Of a stretch of DNA of 64,000 nucleotides, positions 25,380-39,749 are shown piece by piece. This DNA is from Nageia nagi. Taxonomy: Eukaryota > Plantae > Pinophyta. Below the pieces are notes generated by a model. That model saw only the letters and a list, made by a program, of their open reading frames with translations. It ran no database searches and was not told where the DNA came from. The stretch lies in NCBI GenBank assembly GCA_050084985.1, contig JBITNC010000001.1:69192001-69256000 (forward strand), read 5' to 3'. Positions within the stretch are counted from its first letter, which is position 1. Each line of letters opens with the position of its first letter. A program made the position numbers and the translations under genes.

Positions 25380-25747
25380 TGGTATTCATACATTTTATTT
25401 ATGATCCAAAGATATTATGCTTTGTATGATTCAAAGAAAAAACCATGGGATGATCTAATGCTAACATCTAGCTCATGGTTGCATCATCGATTTAGCTTTT
25501 AGGTGAGTGAACTCTTACTACTACAAACATTATACTATCATTAATTTTTGTATTTTTTTTCTCTTATCTTTTTTTTTTTGACCTTTTCCATGATGTAAAC
25601 ATCACATAAATAGTAATATAGACCATTAGGTACATGTGTTCAGTACTCCATTTTGAAAAATTAAAAAGTGAATAGTATAATACATCTACCTTTTTCAATA
25701 TTTTCAACATGTTGCAAGGTACATAGTGATTATGCTCATGCATAGAA

Positions 25748-28700
25748 CTATTTTATATGAGTGTCATTGAAGATTTTAGATTCTTCTTTGCCATCCATAG
25801 ATGATAAATTGTATGCACCTAATCCTATTGCTTCCATAACAACATATGGCCCTAGCCAATTGGGTTCAAATTTTCTTTTCACCTCATCATTTGCTATCAT
25901 TTTGTTGATATTTTCTTTCAACACTAGATCTCCCATATTTAACTCTTTGGATTTTATATTTTTACCAGATGCTATCTTAAGTTTGGCATGATATACCTTT
26001 TGATGTTCAATGGCCCTAATTCTCTTTCATCTAATAATTCTAACTACTATAGCCTTACTTTTCTTGCTTCCTCATAAGACATTTCTCCTTGCAATGAGAT
26101 CCTTAGTGATGGGATCTCTAATTCTAATGGTACAATAGGTTCATCCCCATACAATATTGAAAAAGGTGTTTCCCCAATGGCTATCATGCCAATCCTTTTT
26201 AAACTTATCCTAAGTTTTGGAAAGAATACTTTTAATGGTATTGTTGGTAGCTTTATCTTAACCATTTTCTCAAGAATAATAAATTGAAGAGAATGATTGC
26301 TCAATATGAAATTTATTACAAAAATCTTTTATCTCTTTCCATTTGAAATTTTGTCCATTATCAATCAACAACTTTTGTGGCACACCAAATCAAGTAATAA
26401 TATTCTCAACAATGAAAGAAATAATCTTATATTCAGTAACTAAATTCATAAGAATGGCTTCTACCCATTTAGTAGTAAATTATGTAGCTATGATGATAAA
26501 TATATGACCCTCCCTTGAATGAGAATTAATAATGTGGATCAAATAAATACCCCACATAGAAAATGGCCAAGGTTAAACAATGGATTTCAACTCTTACGTC
26601 GGTTGCTTTTCTAAATTGGCATGTTTTTGACATTATAAGCAAGTTTTGAGATGATATTGCAATCTTCTTCTATAGTGGTCCAATAATAACCAATTCTCAT
26701 AATTTTAGTGTATAAGGCTTTAGCATGAAAATGTCCACCACATAAATCATCATGAACTTATTCTAATGCTATAGCTATCTCATGTTGAGTTAAAAAATGC
26801 AATAAAGCACCATTAAATGACCATTGATATGAAACATTACCAATTAGGACATACCTTGTAGTTTTTCTCTTCAATATCACCCTTTAATTGCAATTAAAAT
26901 TATCAAGAACTATTTGATAATTCAATTATTTGTAAATATTAAAATATCAATTTTGAAAATCATTCTCTTTTGTAATCAAATAAGTCTAAATTTCATGCAT
27001 ATCCTCAACATGAGAAGGAGAACTCAACTTATGAACTATCAAGATAGGCTCTTCATCTTTAATTTCAATTGGCACAAGAGAAGCTGTACTTTCCATGGTG
27101 TCTACATACCTATTATTAGTTCCTAGGATATTTTGAATTGTATACCTATCAAATTGATCCAATAAATCATTAACCACCAATTTATAGGGATTTAATTTTT
27201 CATCTTTTGTATCAAAAATATCTTGTACTTGGTTGATGGAAATTTATGAATCCCCATATATCTTAATGTATTTAATTTTTAACATAACAATAGATTTTAA
27301 TCCCAATATCAATGCCTCATATTTAGCCATATTATTTGTACACTCAAAACCAAGCTTGTTGGATAGGGATTATGCATTTGTAAGAGATACCAAGATAATA
27401 CCTTCCCCTTCTCCATAGAAACATCTATAACCATAAAAGTATAACACCCAAATAGTGGTCTCATATTCTATGAGGCATACATATTCATCACATATGCATA
27501 TTTCATAAAAATCATGTCATTGGTATTCCTCTATCATACCTTCATGCCACTAGCACTATGGATCATCTTGATATTCATTTGGAAATTCTTTTTGCACTAC
27601 TAATTCTCCATTCTAAGGAAATTTGGCTATCAAATCTACAATAGCCTATGCTTTAACAAACTTCTACTTTACCACATTAATATCAAATTTTTGCAATAAC
27701 ATTAGCCATTTTGCTACTTTTCCTGACAAATGCTACTTAGCCATAAGATATTTCAATGGGTTAATAGGACTAACAAAAAATGTAGTACAACATAACAGAT
27801 AATTCCCCAATTTTTCAGAAGCAAATACAATAGCATTGGGGTATATCTAGTTTCATAATCTATCAATGTATTGCTAAGATAATAGATAGCCCTCTCTTTA
27901 TTTTATGTATCTTTCTGACAAAGCATTACCCCTAGTGCATACAATGTAAGTAAGATGTACAAATAAGAAGGTTTGGTGAAGCCCATGGGAACTAGAATTG
28001 GTGGATTTAGCAAGTATTATTTAATTTCTTCAAAAGCTTTTTGACATTTATCATCCCATTTAAATTGTGCATTCTTTTTTAATAGGTGAGTGAATGGCCT
28101 ACAATTATCCCTAAGATGTGAAATAAACTTCTAACTGAATTGATTTTTCCTTAAAGAATCCTCAATCATTTCAAATTTCTTGTTAAAGGCATGCTAATTA
28201 TTACTTTCACTTTTTTAGGATCTACCTCTATTCCTCTTTTGGAAACCATAAATCCTAAAACTATTCCTAAAGTAACACCAAATGCACACTTTTGAGGTTT
28301 GAGTCAAAGTTTGTACCTTTTTAGAATATTGAATACCTCTTCAAGTGCTTCCAAATGATCTATAGTCCTTTCATTCTTTAATCCAAAAGGCATAATCTTC
28401 CAACAAAAATTTCCCCATGGGGTAGTAAAAGTAGTCTTATGTTGGATAGAAGGATTAATCAATATTTTGTTACAACTAGAAAATCCATCCATGAAATATA
28501 ATGTGTCATGACTAACTATACTATTCATAATCATATCAATATTGGGAAAGGGAAAGTCATCTTTAGGACATGCATTATTAGTATCTCTAAAATTAGTACA
28601 CACCCTTATCTCCCTAGTGGGTTTTGTAATAGGAACTATGTTAGCCAACCAACCAGAATAATTAATAGGTGTAATGAATCTAGCATTCAAATATTTCTTA

Positions 28701-31030
28701 ATTTCTTTCTTAACTAACAAAGCTTTTGAAGGATGCATTTTTTATGGATTTTACTTAATTGGTTTAGCATCCATTTTCAATGGAAAATGATGCACAACAA
28801 AGGAAGGATCCAAACTAGAAATATCACCATAAGACCAAGAAAGTTTTTTATGATGTTCAATAAACTTATTTTGGTATCTTTCTTATTATTGAAATGGGAG
28901 GGATACACCAATTTGTACCATTCTTTGTTCATCCATTGTCCCAATATTGACATTTATCAATTCCTTAGTAGCAAATGTAAGCTCATCTTTTTTTACAAAA
29001 AGAGAAGGTAACTCCTTTAATCCTTTTATATTAGTATCATCAACATCTATAGGCTAAACCTAAAAAACGTCATTAAAATTTATCTCTTGACCAATTCATT
29101 AAGGACATAACTTGAATTTCTTTTCTCATTAGATTTGGGCAATTCAAAATGTGCCTCCAAGTACTCAAGAATATCATCATCAACATTAAAAAAATCAAAC
29201 TCAAGTGGAAGAGTATCATCAATCCATAGATCTTCATCAATATCTTCAAACAACTCAATCCCATTGCACTCTTTAACAAATTTGATTGGTCACCATCTTT
29301 GTTTTACACTTTAATTACTACCTAGTACTAATTTGGTCATTTGAGATTTAGAGTTATCAGGGAATGTTTTCATTCCTTATTCATTTCTTCCTAAACCTCA
29401 CCCTTTGTATTTGTAATTTTGTACCATGTATTTATGATTAAAAGGAAAGGGAAAGAGTTTACCCATTTTAAATGATGATTGTGCTTCTATTTGAATAGTT
29501 TGAGGAGATATGATAGTCATGAAAAAATAAGAATTATCACCATATTAATTATTTCCACACCATTATCATCCTTCAAGAAGGATTACACATTGTTTATGAC
29601 CCTCAATTGAAATAATTTTGGGTCATAACAAGTCTTTAATGGACATAAAGAAGTCTACACCCTTAATTTTGTATGAACCCATTCCTATCTCTATAATTTG
29701 AACATGCTTTTATGTATTTTCTTCTAGTTTGGTAGATTCCAAGGGTTCAATTTCATATCTTGGAGCTATCATTTCAAGGTCATTAAAATCTATTGCATTA
29801 CATAGTGCACAAGGCTCAGGATCTCCAAGTACTATATGCACCTCACCTTGAAGTTCAAATTTCAACCTTCCATGTAAAGTAGAAAGGAATACATGCATAT
29901 CATGAAGCCAAGGCCTCCCCAAAAGTATATTATAGGATAATTTTGAATTAACCACTTGGAATTTAGCTACTACTATCTTCACTCTTGTAGAAATCATGAT
30001 TGTAGCTATCCCCATTGGTTTCTTATATGAACTATCATAAGCTCTAATACTGAATGTAGCTTCTTCTAATGGTGGAATTGCTATACCTTTTTCTTGTAAT
30101 TGAATAAAAAATATATAAGAACATACATTCATAGTTGATCCATTATCTACCATTTCCTTAATTAAAGGTGTAATGTATATGGCTAGACATTCATCAAGTA
30201 GTTCCTTATTGATTTTTTCAAATTTATAAAAGGAAATAGCATCACATTCTTGTATAGACCTAAGCTTCTTCAAAAATATTATGGTTGAAATAGTAGTAGG
30301 AACAATTTATTTTTTAAATAAAACATATAGAATCTCTCTATGTTGTGCAAATGTAGAAATACATCATACAAGCTAATTTTGGTAGGTGTATCCTTTAATT
30401 GTTCAATCATACTATATGTCTTTAGATCAGGTGGGATACTTACTTGTTCTACAATGATTGGATTAGACACATGGTGTGGATGTCCTTTTCTCAACACAAC
30501 ATAAACCTCCTTGTAAACTAAAATGGTATTAACTATTTAGATTGGATTTGTAGTAGTGTCATCAATTTGATATTTTCCTTGAGTAATAAGATCCAATAAA
30601 GCATGTCCCTTCCTTTGGTGACACCATTTAATAGCATCCCCTTTCAAACTCCTTGGGAAGAACTTTTCTATCAACTTCTCCTTCAACCCTAATTCAATAA
30701 GCATTCCTCTTGAAACCTGATAAGATGTTGTTTTAGGTCTTGTTCACCACTAAACATCTCAAAATTGGGGGCCTTATTCTTGAGTGCTAGGGGAAAATTA
30801 TGGATCTCCTTAGATAAGTGTGAGGTAAAGATACCATCATATTCATCTGCACGTTGCTATGGTGTGAAAGAAATTGGTCCAATGTGGGGGATGGGACCAA
30901 ATTCAGTTGAGCTACTAGAAGCTATAATAGCATCAAGTTGTTGCTCTAATCCATTTTATTTTGTAACTAGTTCTTTCATCATTTTCATCATTTATGGTAT
31001 ATGTCCCATTTTTTTTACATCGCTAATGGC
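25748..31030 (-). pseudogene. gag-pol: Disrupted gag-pol of element C
   Basis: MVDNGSTMNV and LLGRPWLH (PR); CPKDDFP and TTPWGNFCWKIMPFGLKN (RT, with the YxDD segment deleted at ~28365); GDLVLK..KFEPNWLGPY (INT GPY/F); gag internally deleted at ~30625. Confidence 0.9.
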
Positions 31031-31134
31031 TTAGGAACAATTATAAATACCATTGATAATGTAGATTTGTTATAAAATTCTTGCAAGATCTTATTGATAT
31101 GGAAATATAAATTGAACATATGAGTTCACCAAAA

Positions 31135-31731
31135 TTTAGACCATAAATAATAATTGATTGTAGCATATATCATAAATATGGAAACAATGAACAATAATAA
31201 TCAATATACCTCATTACAATTGCATATGCATCATGTAAAGCAATCCCTTCATCCAATACAAACATGTAATCATCTATATGTACCCTATCAATGGCCCATA
31301 AGTGTTATATCATTAGCTTAATGGAATACTTATAATTATGAATGGAAATAAAACATACAAGAGTGAGGTGAAGGGTTTAGCAAATCTATAAAGAGGTGGT
31401 GTTATAAAACTCAGTTGTTAGTAGAATAGAGTGATATTACATTTGTTGGAGTCTCTCTAGGATATTTGATGCCCTCACATGATCGCTTTGCATGTTACCT
31501 TTGATATCATTATATAGAAACATACTTGTATTTTTAGATTCTTGGGATCATTACACATTACATCATTTGATGAGTACTTTTAGGCATTTGACCCCTTATT
31601 ACATTGTACAATGGGCCATTACATTGATTACATAGCCTTGGGTATTATTTTAACCCCTTTTTACAATTAATATCCTTGATGCTATAAAATGAATTATTTA
31701 AATAATAATAATTCATTTTTAGTCATCTACA
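31135..31731 (-). repeat. 5' LTR of element C
   Basis: Minus-strand start TGTAGATGACTAAAAATG, followed by the PBS TGGTGAACTCA. Confidence 0.9.
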
Positions 31732-32379
31732 TAAATAAAGAAAGATTGGTTAGGATAAGATCCTAGTGTGGTGATAGAGCCAAGAGAAAGTGGAGATTCA
31801 TGAGGTATCCCTAAGTCTCTAATAGAGGGAATATTAAAAAGAACATCATTTATATGATATTTCCCCTTTCTGAGATATTGATACTTAATGGTATCAGATA
31901 GTGGTGAAACAACAAGACTAACAAGTTTTGGTCAAGATGATTGAGACTAACCTAGGAGGAAGAGGGCTCATATTTTTGAAGTATGTCACATACAAGACAT
32001 GATAAAGATGAATAAAAATGACTAGTAGGAAGGATTCAATGATAACATGGGTGGTCATTCCTATGGATGGGTGTGAATGAGGTTTGACATATGGAAGAAA
32101 CACATGCAAAGTCCTTAAGAGATTTACCATAATGATGTATAAAGGTATCCACATCATGTAAAGATGAATAAGATGGTTGTGAAGAAGAAGCTAGCTAAAT
32201 TGGTGGAATAGTTGAATATGGGGGTTCTTATGAACATGATTGTTAAATATCAAGATGATCATTGATAAGAACAATGACCAATAAAAAATACCCACATGGT
32301 ATTTGAGATGAATTAGGAGTGAAAGTGGAGTTGTAGTGACTAAAGGGATTTGGATCACCTATAATACAATGCACCATTT

Positions 32380-34400
32380 CATTATATAGATATTTCAAAA
32401 TCTATGTAAAGTAGATGAAAATGACTCCATATCTACAATCCATGGACAAACCAAAAGCAAGTTGTACTGCATCTCACCCTCAACCACATGATAAGTAACA
32501 TTTATTTATTTAACTCCAACCTTGATTGAAAGAATTATTATGCTAATAATGATTAGCAAGATGTTGTTAAATACCCTAATGGTGAGAGTGGGAGCATTCA
32601 AAAATCTAATAGAAACCTTAAATCTCTAAAGTTCTACTAAAGATGTAACATTGACTACTAACCTATTTTATATAAGCACTCTCTTTGATGCACAAGAATC
32701 CACATAAGATACAATGTACAAGGTAGGATACCTAGGCTTATCTAGTGTAGTATGCTGAATCTTATCATGATAAAAGGTAATCCCTAGTATAGTAGCACTC
32801 TAGAAAACCCTTACAAAATCATTAAAAGAATTTGTGTTTTCATCATTTAACTCAATTTCCTTTAGGATGTTGTTTAAATAATTCCTATGTTTAGGATAAG
32901 ATTGCAATAAGTTCCATAGGGAAAGATTTATCTGTGTGGTCCTAATTTGTTACTCTAACTAAGTCTGTATAGTCATTAACACCCTTGGATTTGTATCTAA
33001 ATCTAAACTCTAGTTTGAGGCAAAGGTTATTGAATCTATACATCACTTGGAGGGGGATGGGGTTCTCAATCATGATCTCTACCTATTCTTGTTTTCACAT
33101 TAACCATGATGATATCATGAATCTATACTATCTTATATACTAGAGGTGGTTCCATGACTCCCATAAAATCATAGTCTAAGGTGATATCAATGCTCCTACA
33201 AAGGGAAAATATGACTTTATATCACTAAAACCCATAAACTCATTGGACTACCTAGGGTTGTATTTATGGTTAACCTACTATGTTTATTATGCCTGGGTAA
33301 TAGATCTTGGAAAATGCCCAAATTTCTATTAAGTTGGGCCACTAGGTTTCCTATAGACACCTATTCATTATCTATCAATCTTTGGATAACATTTCATAAT
33401 TGATTGCATTTATTTGTTTCATGTATTTTTTTATCGATGATAAACATAATATTGTTATTCTTATACCAAGTTGGTTTCTCCTAATTTGGATCCTTTGGTT
33501 TTATTTCAGGAAGATGGATCAATTGTGCCTTTAAGAGATTGTTTAAAACATCCTCAATAGGCTCAACCAAAGAATTCCAAGGTTTATGTGGCCCTTGTTG
33601 TCAAGGTTACCTAGGTCTATAATTACACTACTAATTACCCTATTCAATATTTGACCTAGGTATTTCCTATGCTTGAGCTTATAAAGGTGGATTGGCCTTG
33701 GGTGGCCATGGTGGAGCTAACTAAACCACTAGTTATATCTAATGAATATCATACAATACCTGGTTATTTTGAGGCTTTTGATATGAAGTAATTGGATTAT
33801 TATTTCCATTATTATGGTACTCTAGATTATTATTTTCCTTCTTCCTGAATTTGATCTCCCCATCCTAGATGTTAGCCTATTCTATTAACTTAGCCTGAGA
33901 TAGAGCATCCTCAAAGGTGCAATGCTATTGAATCCCAAGAATAAAAGATATGGGCTTATTACAACTCTTGGAAAATAACTTAATCAACTCATCCTAAGGG
34001 AGTGTGTACTACATATCTATAACTATGGCCCTCCATCTACACATATAATCTAACACTAACTCATCATCAAATTATGATAATTTACCAAGATTTGTGATAG
34101 ATACCCTCTTATAGACATTGATGGAAAAGTGGTTAAGGAATTTATTGACCAACTACTCAAATAAGTATATGCTATGCTATGTGAGGTTGTTATACCAATA
34201 TAATGCTTACCCCACAAGCATCATCAAAAAATTTCTAAGTATGCCATCGCTATTAATGATGTAGAAAGAGTACTTGAACTATCAGATATGCTCTTTAGGA
34301 TCTTTCTTGCCTCTAAACTTATCTATCTTAAAGATCTCAAATTTGTAAGGGAAAATATTAGTTGGTACACTTGGGTGGATTGGCTCATTACAAATAAAAG
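32380..34400 (-). pseudogene. gag: Degenerate gag and protease of element B
   Basis: Manual translation gives KIDKFRGKKDPKEHI..ALYWYNNL (gag) and LLLVCPWIVDMESFSSTLHRFLKY (decayed LLGRPW..STLH of PR). Confidence 0.8.
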
Positions 34401-37400
34401 TGAATAATAACCTAGGATTCCTATGATCACTAACCTAAAGTTTCACATCCTTTAACCTCTTCAAGATCTCATAATTGATATTTGAAGGTTGTATACTAAC
34501 AATATCTAGCTTCTTCAAGATGGTCTGACTAATGGGAACATCATCATATGGATCATACTTATTATCGTAAATAGGATCTTGATCCTATCTATACAACTAA
34601 GCATATTTTTGGGTGTCAAATGTCACCTTGGGTGCAAGGTTTATGGAATTTGAAAACAAAACCCCTCTAGTCATAGGATCTTGCAACTCTTGGTGATATA
34701 AAAATGAAGGTTTTCCAAGTGAAGAGGATTGAATATGAAGGATATTAGATGAGGATTATTGGAAGATGATCTTCAAGGTGTTGAGCATGTACTTGTCTAG
34801 ATGACACCATTACATAAGAGGGAGAAGAATGATATGGCTATAGTGGCATAGCATTCAAGTATGAGTATGATCCATGCCCCAAATAAACTCTAGGTAGGAC
34901 CTAAGGTTATGTATGTGATAAGGGAACACAAGGTATGGTGGGATGCACTTGACATGAAGACTCATGATGTTAAGGCTTGAGATCAATACAACATGAAGGC
35001 TAAAGATCATGCACAAGAATAAATTAACATGATACCTTGGGTTGGTATGTAGAATAGATCATCATAGTAATTTCTAACCTAATCATCAGGTGGAGATGGT
35101 GTTGGTATATAAAACATCAAGAAATGTGGATTAGGATTGAGGGGTGTTAGAGATGGGGGTCTAGGGGGACCATTAGGAGGTTGAACTAAAGGGCCATGAG
35201 ATATCCTAATCACTAGTGATATAGTGGATGAAGAAGGTATAATATATGACATATAAGCATGTGGAGGTGAGCTAGGATGAATTAATGGTTCCTTATGATA
35301 TGATATCTTATGTGCCTCATCAACTATATATCACATGGATGGATGTAATGGACAAAACCTAGTGATAGGAGACACAAGAATATCCTCTATATGACCCTCC
35401 CTTTTCTTATGCTTAGGAATTGAAGAATAGTAAACCTCTATAATGAGGGGTAATGATGGCGAGGGGATACTCCTAGTAGCAAATTGGGCTTCCTATAACT
35501 CTTGATATAAGGTCTAGACCATGGGGCCACTCATGAGTATATCCTATTGAGATATGGGTTGCTCTATAGTGCAAGTAGGAATATGAGCAAAATTAGGTTA
35601 GGGTACATTGTACAAGATGCTCAAACCCACACTATGGAACATAATATAGATCAACATATGAAGGATCAGTATGATGGAAGGATGCAAAAGGATGTATGTC
35701 ATGATGTGGAAATAGGATGAATCAACATGTGAGGTATTAGCCCAATGATACACACATGATCTCTCCCCTCCAGCTAAGGGGTGGACTCAAGAACAAGAAA
35801 CATCTCTAATGTTTTACTAAAATATATTCTAGGTGACTAATGGATAGACTCATGTTGAGGTGAGTGGTGAGGTGTATGTGAACAACTATGGGACACATGC
35901 AAGCATGGAAGAGGATTTATTTGATTAATCTCATTGTTGCATTCCTCTTTCTCTTGCAATTTAGCTCTAAGATGATTCCTAGTCTCGATCATATGGATGG
36001 ACCAAGGATTTTCATCCATGGTATGTGTCCATATATGATCAATAAAACATGGGTAAATTGATTTATTTAAGAACCTTTAAAATGAATTTAAAGTATACAA
36101 ATAATGAAATAGTAAGAAAAGTAATAAATCACACAAAAATAAGCCTAAATTTTTGTTAAAATAATTCTTATTTATATTTAATGCATGTAATATCATAGCT
36201 TAAATGATAACACCCACTTCAAAAGATAAATATAAATGATAAGATAGCAATGGTGATAGATAGAAAATTTCATTTATTTTTCTAATTACTGCTTTGTTCA
36301 ATTTGACTTAATATTTTTAATGAGGGTTTCTTTTAAAATGCACTTGTATATTTTGACATTACCTTTTTATGTTTCCCTAAAAAAATGATACTATACAAGT
36401 GTTAACAAGGTAAGGACCAATCTCTAGGGGTGTAATATGTTATTCAAGGGTACTCAAGTACTTCTATAGGAAGTTATCATGAATAAAAGAGGGATCCCAT
36501 TTTATTTTTCAAATCTAAGTATGGGTGAGGCTATGGGAAGAAAGTTTGTGTGCCCTAGATACTCCCTAGGTGTGTGAGGGACTTTAATGCAAGTAAGAAA
36601 AATGTAGTGTAGCTCTATAATGATATTCAATACACTTATACCCCAAATTTTTTTCTTTTAAAAATGAAAGCATGGCACTCCCACCCAAGGATGATAAAAT
36701 AAGAAATATTTTTATTTCCTTTTCAAATACAAAATAATTAAAAGATAGAAATCTTTTGTATGCACAAAATAATGAGCACATATACACCAACAAAAAAGAA
36801 ACCCTTTTTGTAATATTTGTATTTTAAACATCAAATTAGCTTCTAATGTTTGTGCAACAATCCCACCTAATATGCAATGCAAATTTATTAAGAGAATGGT
36901 AATCCTAGGATGAAGACAATAAGTAAACAATATGTACAATATCCTAGAAGAAATTCAAAGACTTACTGATGCAAACATATTTCTTCTTGCTCCAAAATTG
37001 ATGAGTGTAAGGTAGGTTATAAGCCTCTACCACATGATCATCCATTACAAGGATGACTATGGTAAAATGCAATTCATATGGATGATCAAAATTCATATGG
37101 ATGAGCATAATGCACTTAGAGATAAAATTAAAAATTAGAAATAAAATGTAAAAAATGAAAAAATCCTATAACAAGGATGAAAGATGAGTCCTATGACAAG
37201 GACACCTAGTTTTACAAACCAAAACATATAGAGGACTATTATCACTAATATAATTTTATAACTAAGTTCAAAATAACTAAAACAAAGCCTTAAACATTAA
37301 TGTAGATAAAATCATCATGAATAGGGATGATTACAAGATCACTTGAATGACCAGTCTTCCTATAATGGGAAAACTTATAGTTAAGGTTGACCTGTAGAAG

Positions 37401-37625
37401 GATGATTTGTTCTATACTTAAAATGGGCCTCTGAGATTTTTAGATTAGGTTTTGATAAAGCATAATAGGTTATCCCACTAATTTTAGTGAAATCAATCAT
37501 TAGAAATATCCAAAATGAGGGAAACATCCATAATTTAAAGTTCAAAAAAATAAGGTAGAAAATATTATAAAATACTCTTTTTCTTATGAATCTAAGACTA
37601 TTAGTGTCTCACCATGATCATCATT

Positions 37626-38781
37626 TGTAAATTCTTCAAAACTCCTCCACCTTGGCCACTCAAAACACCTATGAATGATTCAAGGATCTTGATGTATTTC
37701 CATATAATTTTCCTATGTGAATTATGATAAAATGATAAAGATATGATTTAGAGTATATCCTTTGATTTTCAATGTTGCAAGAACCTATCTAGACCTGAAA
37801 GGAAGGACAAAATATTATGGGAGGCTTCAAATCATAAGCCCTTGTGACCTTGTGACCATTCAATTAGGGTGAAACCCTAACTCAACAAGAATATAAGCCT
37901 CCTTTTTCCTTAATCAAAAGGATACTAAAAATTAATGATATGCCTATTGTGCAAGTACGATATTCAAGCATGGACTATAGACAAAGCCTAGGTGAGAAAA
38001 CTTGACAATGATATGTGAAAATAATGATAATATATGATAAAGAATATTTAAGATCTAAGTATGTGTAAAGCTTTACCCAAAATGATCAAATGATGCAAAT
38101 GATAAGAGTTATAAGACCAACAAAGATGAATCTAAGGCCACAAAGACTAAACAAATAATAAACATAACTCAAACTTGAAGGTTAGACCTTAAAGGTCAAA
38201 CCTTAGGTATGAAAACTAGCCTACTTATGCCTATACAAAAAACAATGATAAATACATAATATATTGTAGGATACAAGTCTTTAATATGGATTTATTGAAG
38301 ATCTAAACTTGCAATAAATCATGAAATCAAATATCAATATCATAAGCTCTTTAATAAACCAAATGATACCTCAATCCATGAAGCATGGAGAAGAAATCCC
38401 AAGGCATAAATATGGAGGCTCACAACTTGATGTAAACCCTTAAATATGATGTCATAAACTTCAAATTACATGCAGATAGTACTAAAATTATAGAGCTTAT
38501 GAAAATGAATTTTCTCACCTTGAAAAGTAAGCCTTAATTGCCTTTTATAAACATTAGATATGATCATCTAGATGATTAGGGACATTCAAGATCATTTATA
38601 TGATTTGCTAATCATTTAGATGGTTGGAATCAAAGTGTTAGAAATGAGTTAAAGTCCAAAATGATTTCAATCAAACCTTTCAAGAACATTTCATAAAATG
38701 TTAGATCAACATGATAGTATAAATGCCATAAATATCAATAAAACACCATCAACAAGGTAAAATATGATTTTAGGGTGTACA
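37626..38781 (-). repeat. 5' LTR of element B
   Basis: TGTAAA...GGGTGTACA on the plus strand; homologous to 12912-14089. Confidence 0.9.
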
Positions 38782-38799
38782 TTTTTTGATGAAAAAAAA

Positions 38800-39370
38800 G
38801 TCTCATTATATAAGGCCAAGTTTGATTGGGTAAGACAAAGTTCCATTGAGTAACCTTGTTGGGTATAGGATAGCTTTGCTTCCATTGAACAAGGTCAATT
38901 TTTATAGGATAAGCCTTATTGGATAGTCATTGGTTTAATTAAGTAGGGTTGATTTGTATAAGGTAAACTCATTTATCATTAGATAAGATTTTTCTTCTAT
39001 GGGGTAAGCCTATACTTCATTAGAAAAGGTTAGCACTCAACAGATAAGCAAAGGTTCCATTAGATAAGGCTTTTAATCATTGAGTATGGTTAAACAACAT
39101 TGGGTAAGAAAAAGTTTCATTAGGTAAAGACTTGGCTTATCAAATAAGCATTACATCCATCAGATAGGCCTTATCGGGTAAGGATATTTTTCATCGGATA
39201 AATTTGTAGTCCTCAAGTAAGATGTTGTGTTTCAATAAAACTTAATTTTTACTATTGGGAAAAGTCAAGTTATGTAAGAAAGAGAAATTATTTTCATCAA
39301 GAAACTTTATGTCACATCAAGTAAAGATTATTTTCATCAGACAAGTTAGGCTACCTTTAGATAGAGTCAC
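38800..39370. repeat. Degenerate ~21-bp minisatellite with core CAT(C/T)(G/A)(G/A)(G/A)TAAG
   Basis: About 20 or more variants, including cattgggtaag, cattagataag, catcggataaa and tatcgggtaag. Confidence 0.7.
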
Positions 39371-39749
39371 ATCACAATGTAGGGGAATTAATTGTAATGA
39401 GTTGTCTTAATTACAAGTGTGGAAACTTGTGTTGAATCACAAGTTATAGTGTATGCCAATAATAAATGGAATTTAGATGAACATAAAAATCCTATCCTTC
39501 ATGCAATAAAAAGTAGATAAATGTTAATTGAATCTTTCATATATGGGGTGATTTTTCATGTTGGCTTTCGACATAAGGATTAATATAGTATGGTCTATGT
39601 CAATTCATAATTAAATATAGTATTTATGATGGTGAAAATCCTATAATTTTTTATAAATAGTTTGATAAGGGGTGTAGTTGATACCAAGTCTAAATTTGAT
39701 GTTTTTCATCTAAACATACAAGAATATAGTATGTAGACTTTTGATATCC

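Larger units (their letters stand above)
24090..31731 (-). mobile_element. Element C: Tat-clade retrotransposon nested in B between protease and G-patch
   Basis: LTR pair at 24090-24690 and 31135-31731; perfect TSD TAAAT (24085-24089 and 31732-31736); PBS at 31121-31131; PPT at 24691-24704. Confidence 0.93.
12912..38781 (-). mobile_element. Element B: large Ogre-like Tat retrotransposon (~18 kb excluding nested element C)
   Basis: ~1.17-kb LTR pair at 12912-14089 and 37626-38781; near-TSD ATTTT/TTTTT; PPT-like tract at 14090-14102; PBS-like site at 37606-37623; minus-strand gag, PR, RT, RH, aRH and INT. Confidence 0.9.

Noticed and set aside
34400-36020. Possible Ogre-type extra ORF1 upstream of gag in B
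   Set aside because: The sequence looks like decayed Pro-rich coding DNA but cannot be separated from a long gag N-terminus. No motif was recognised.
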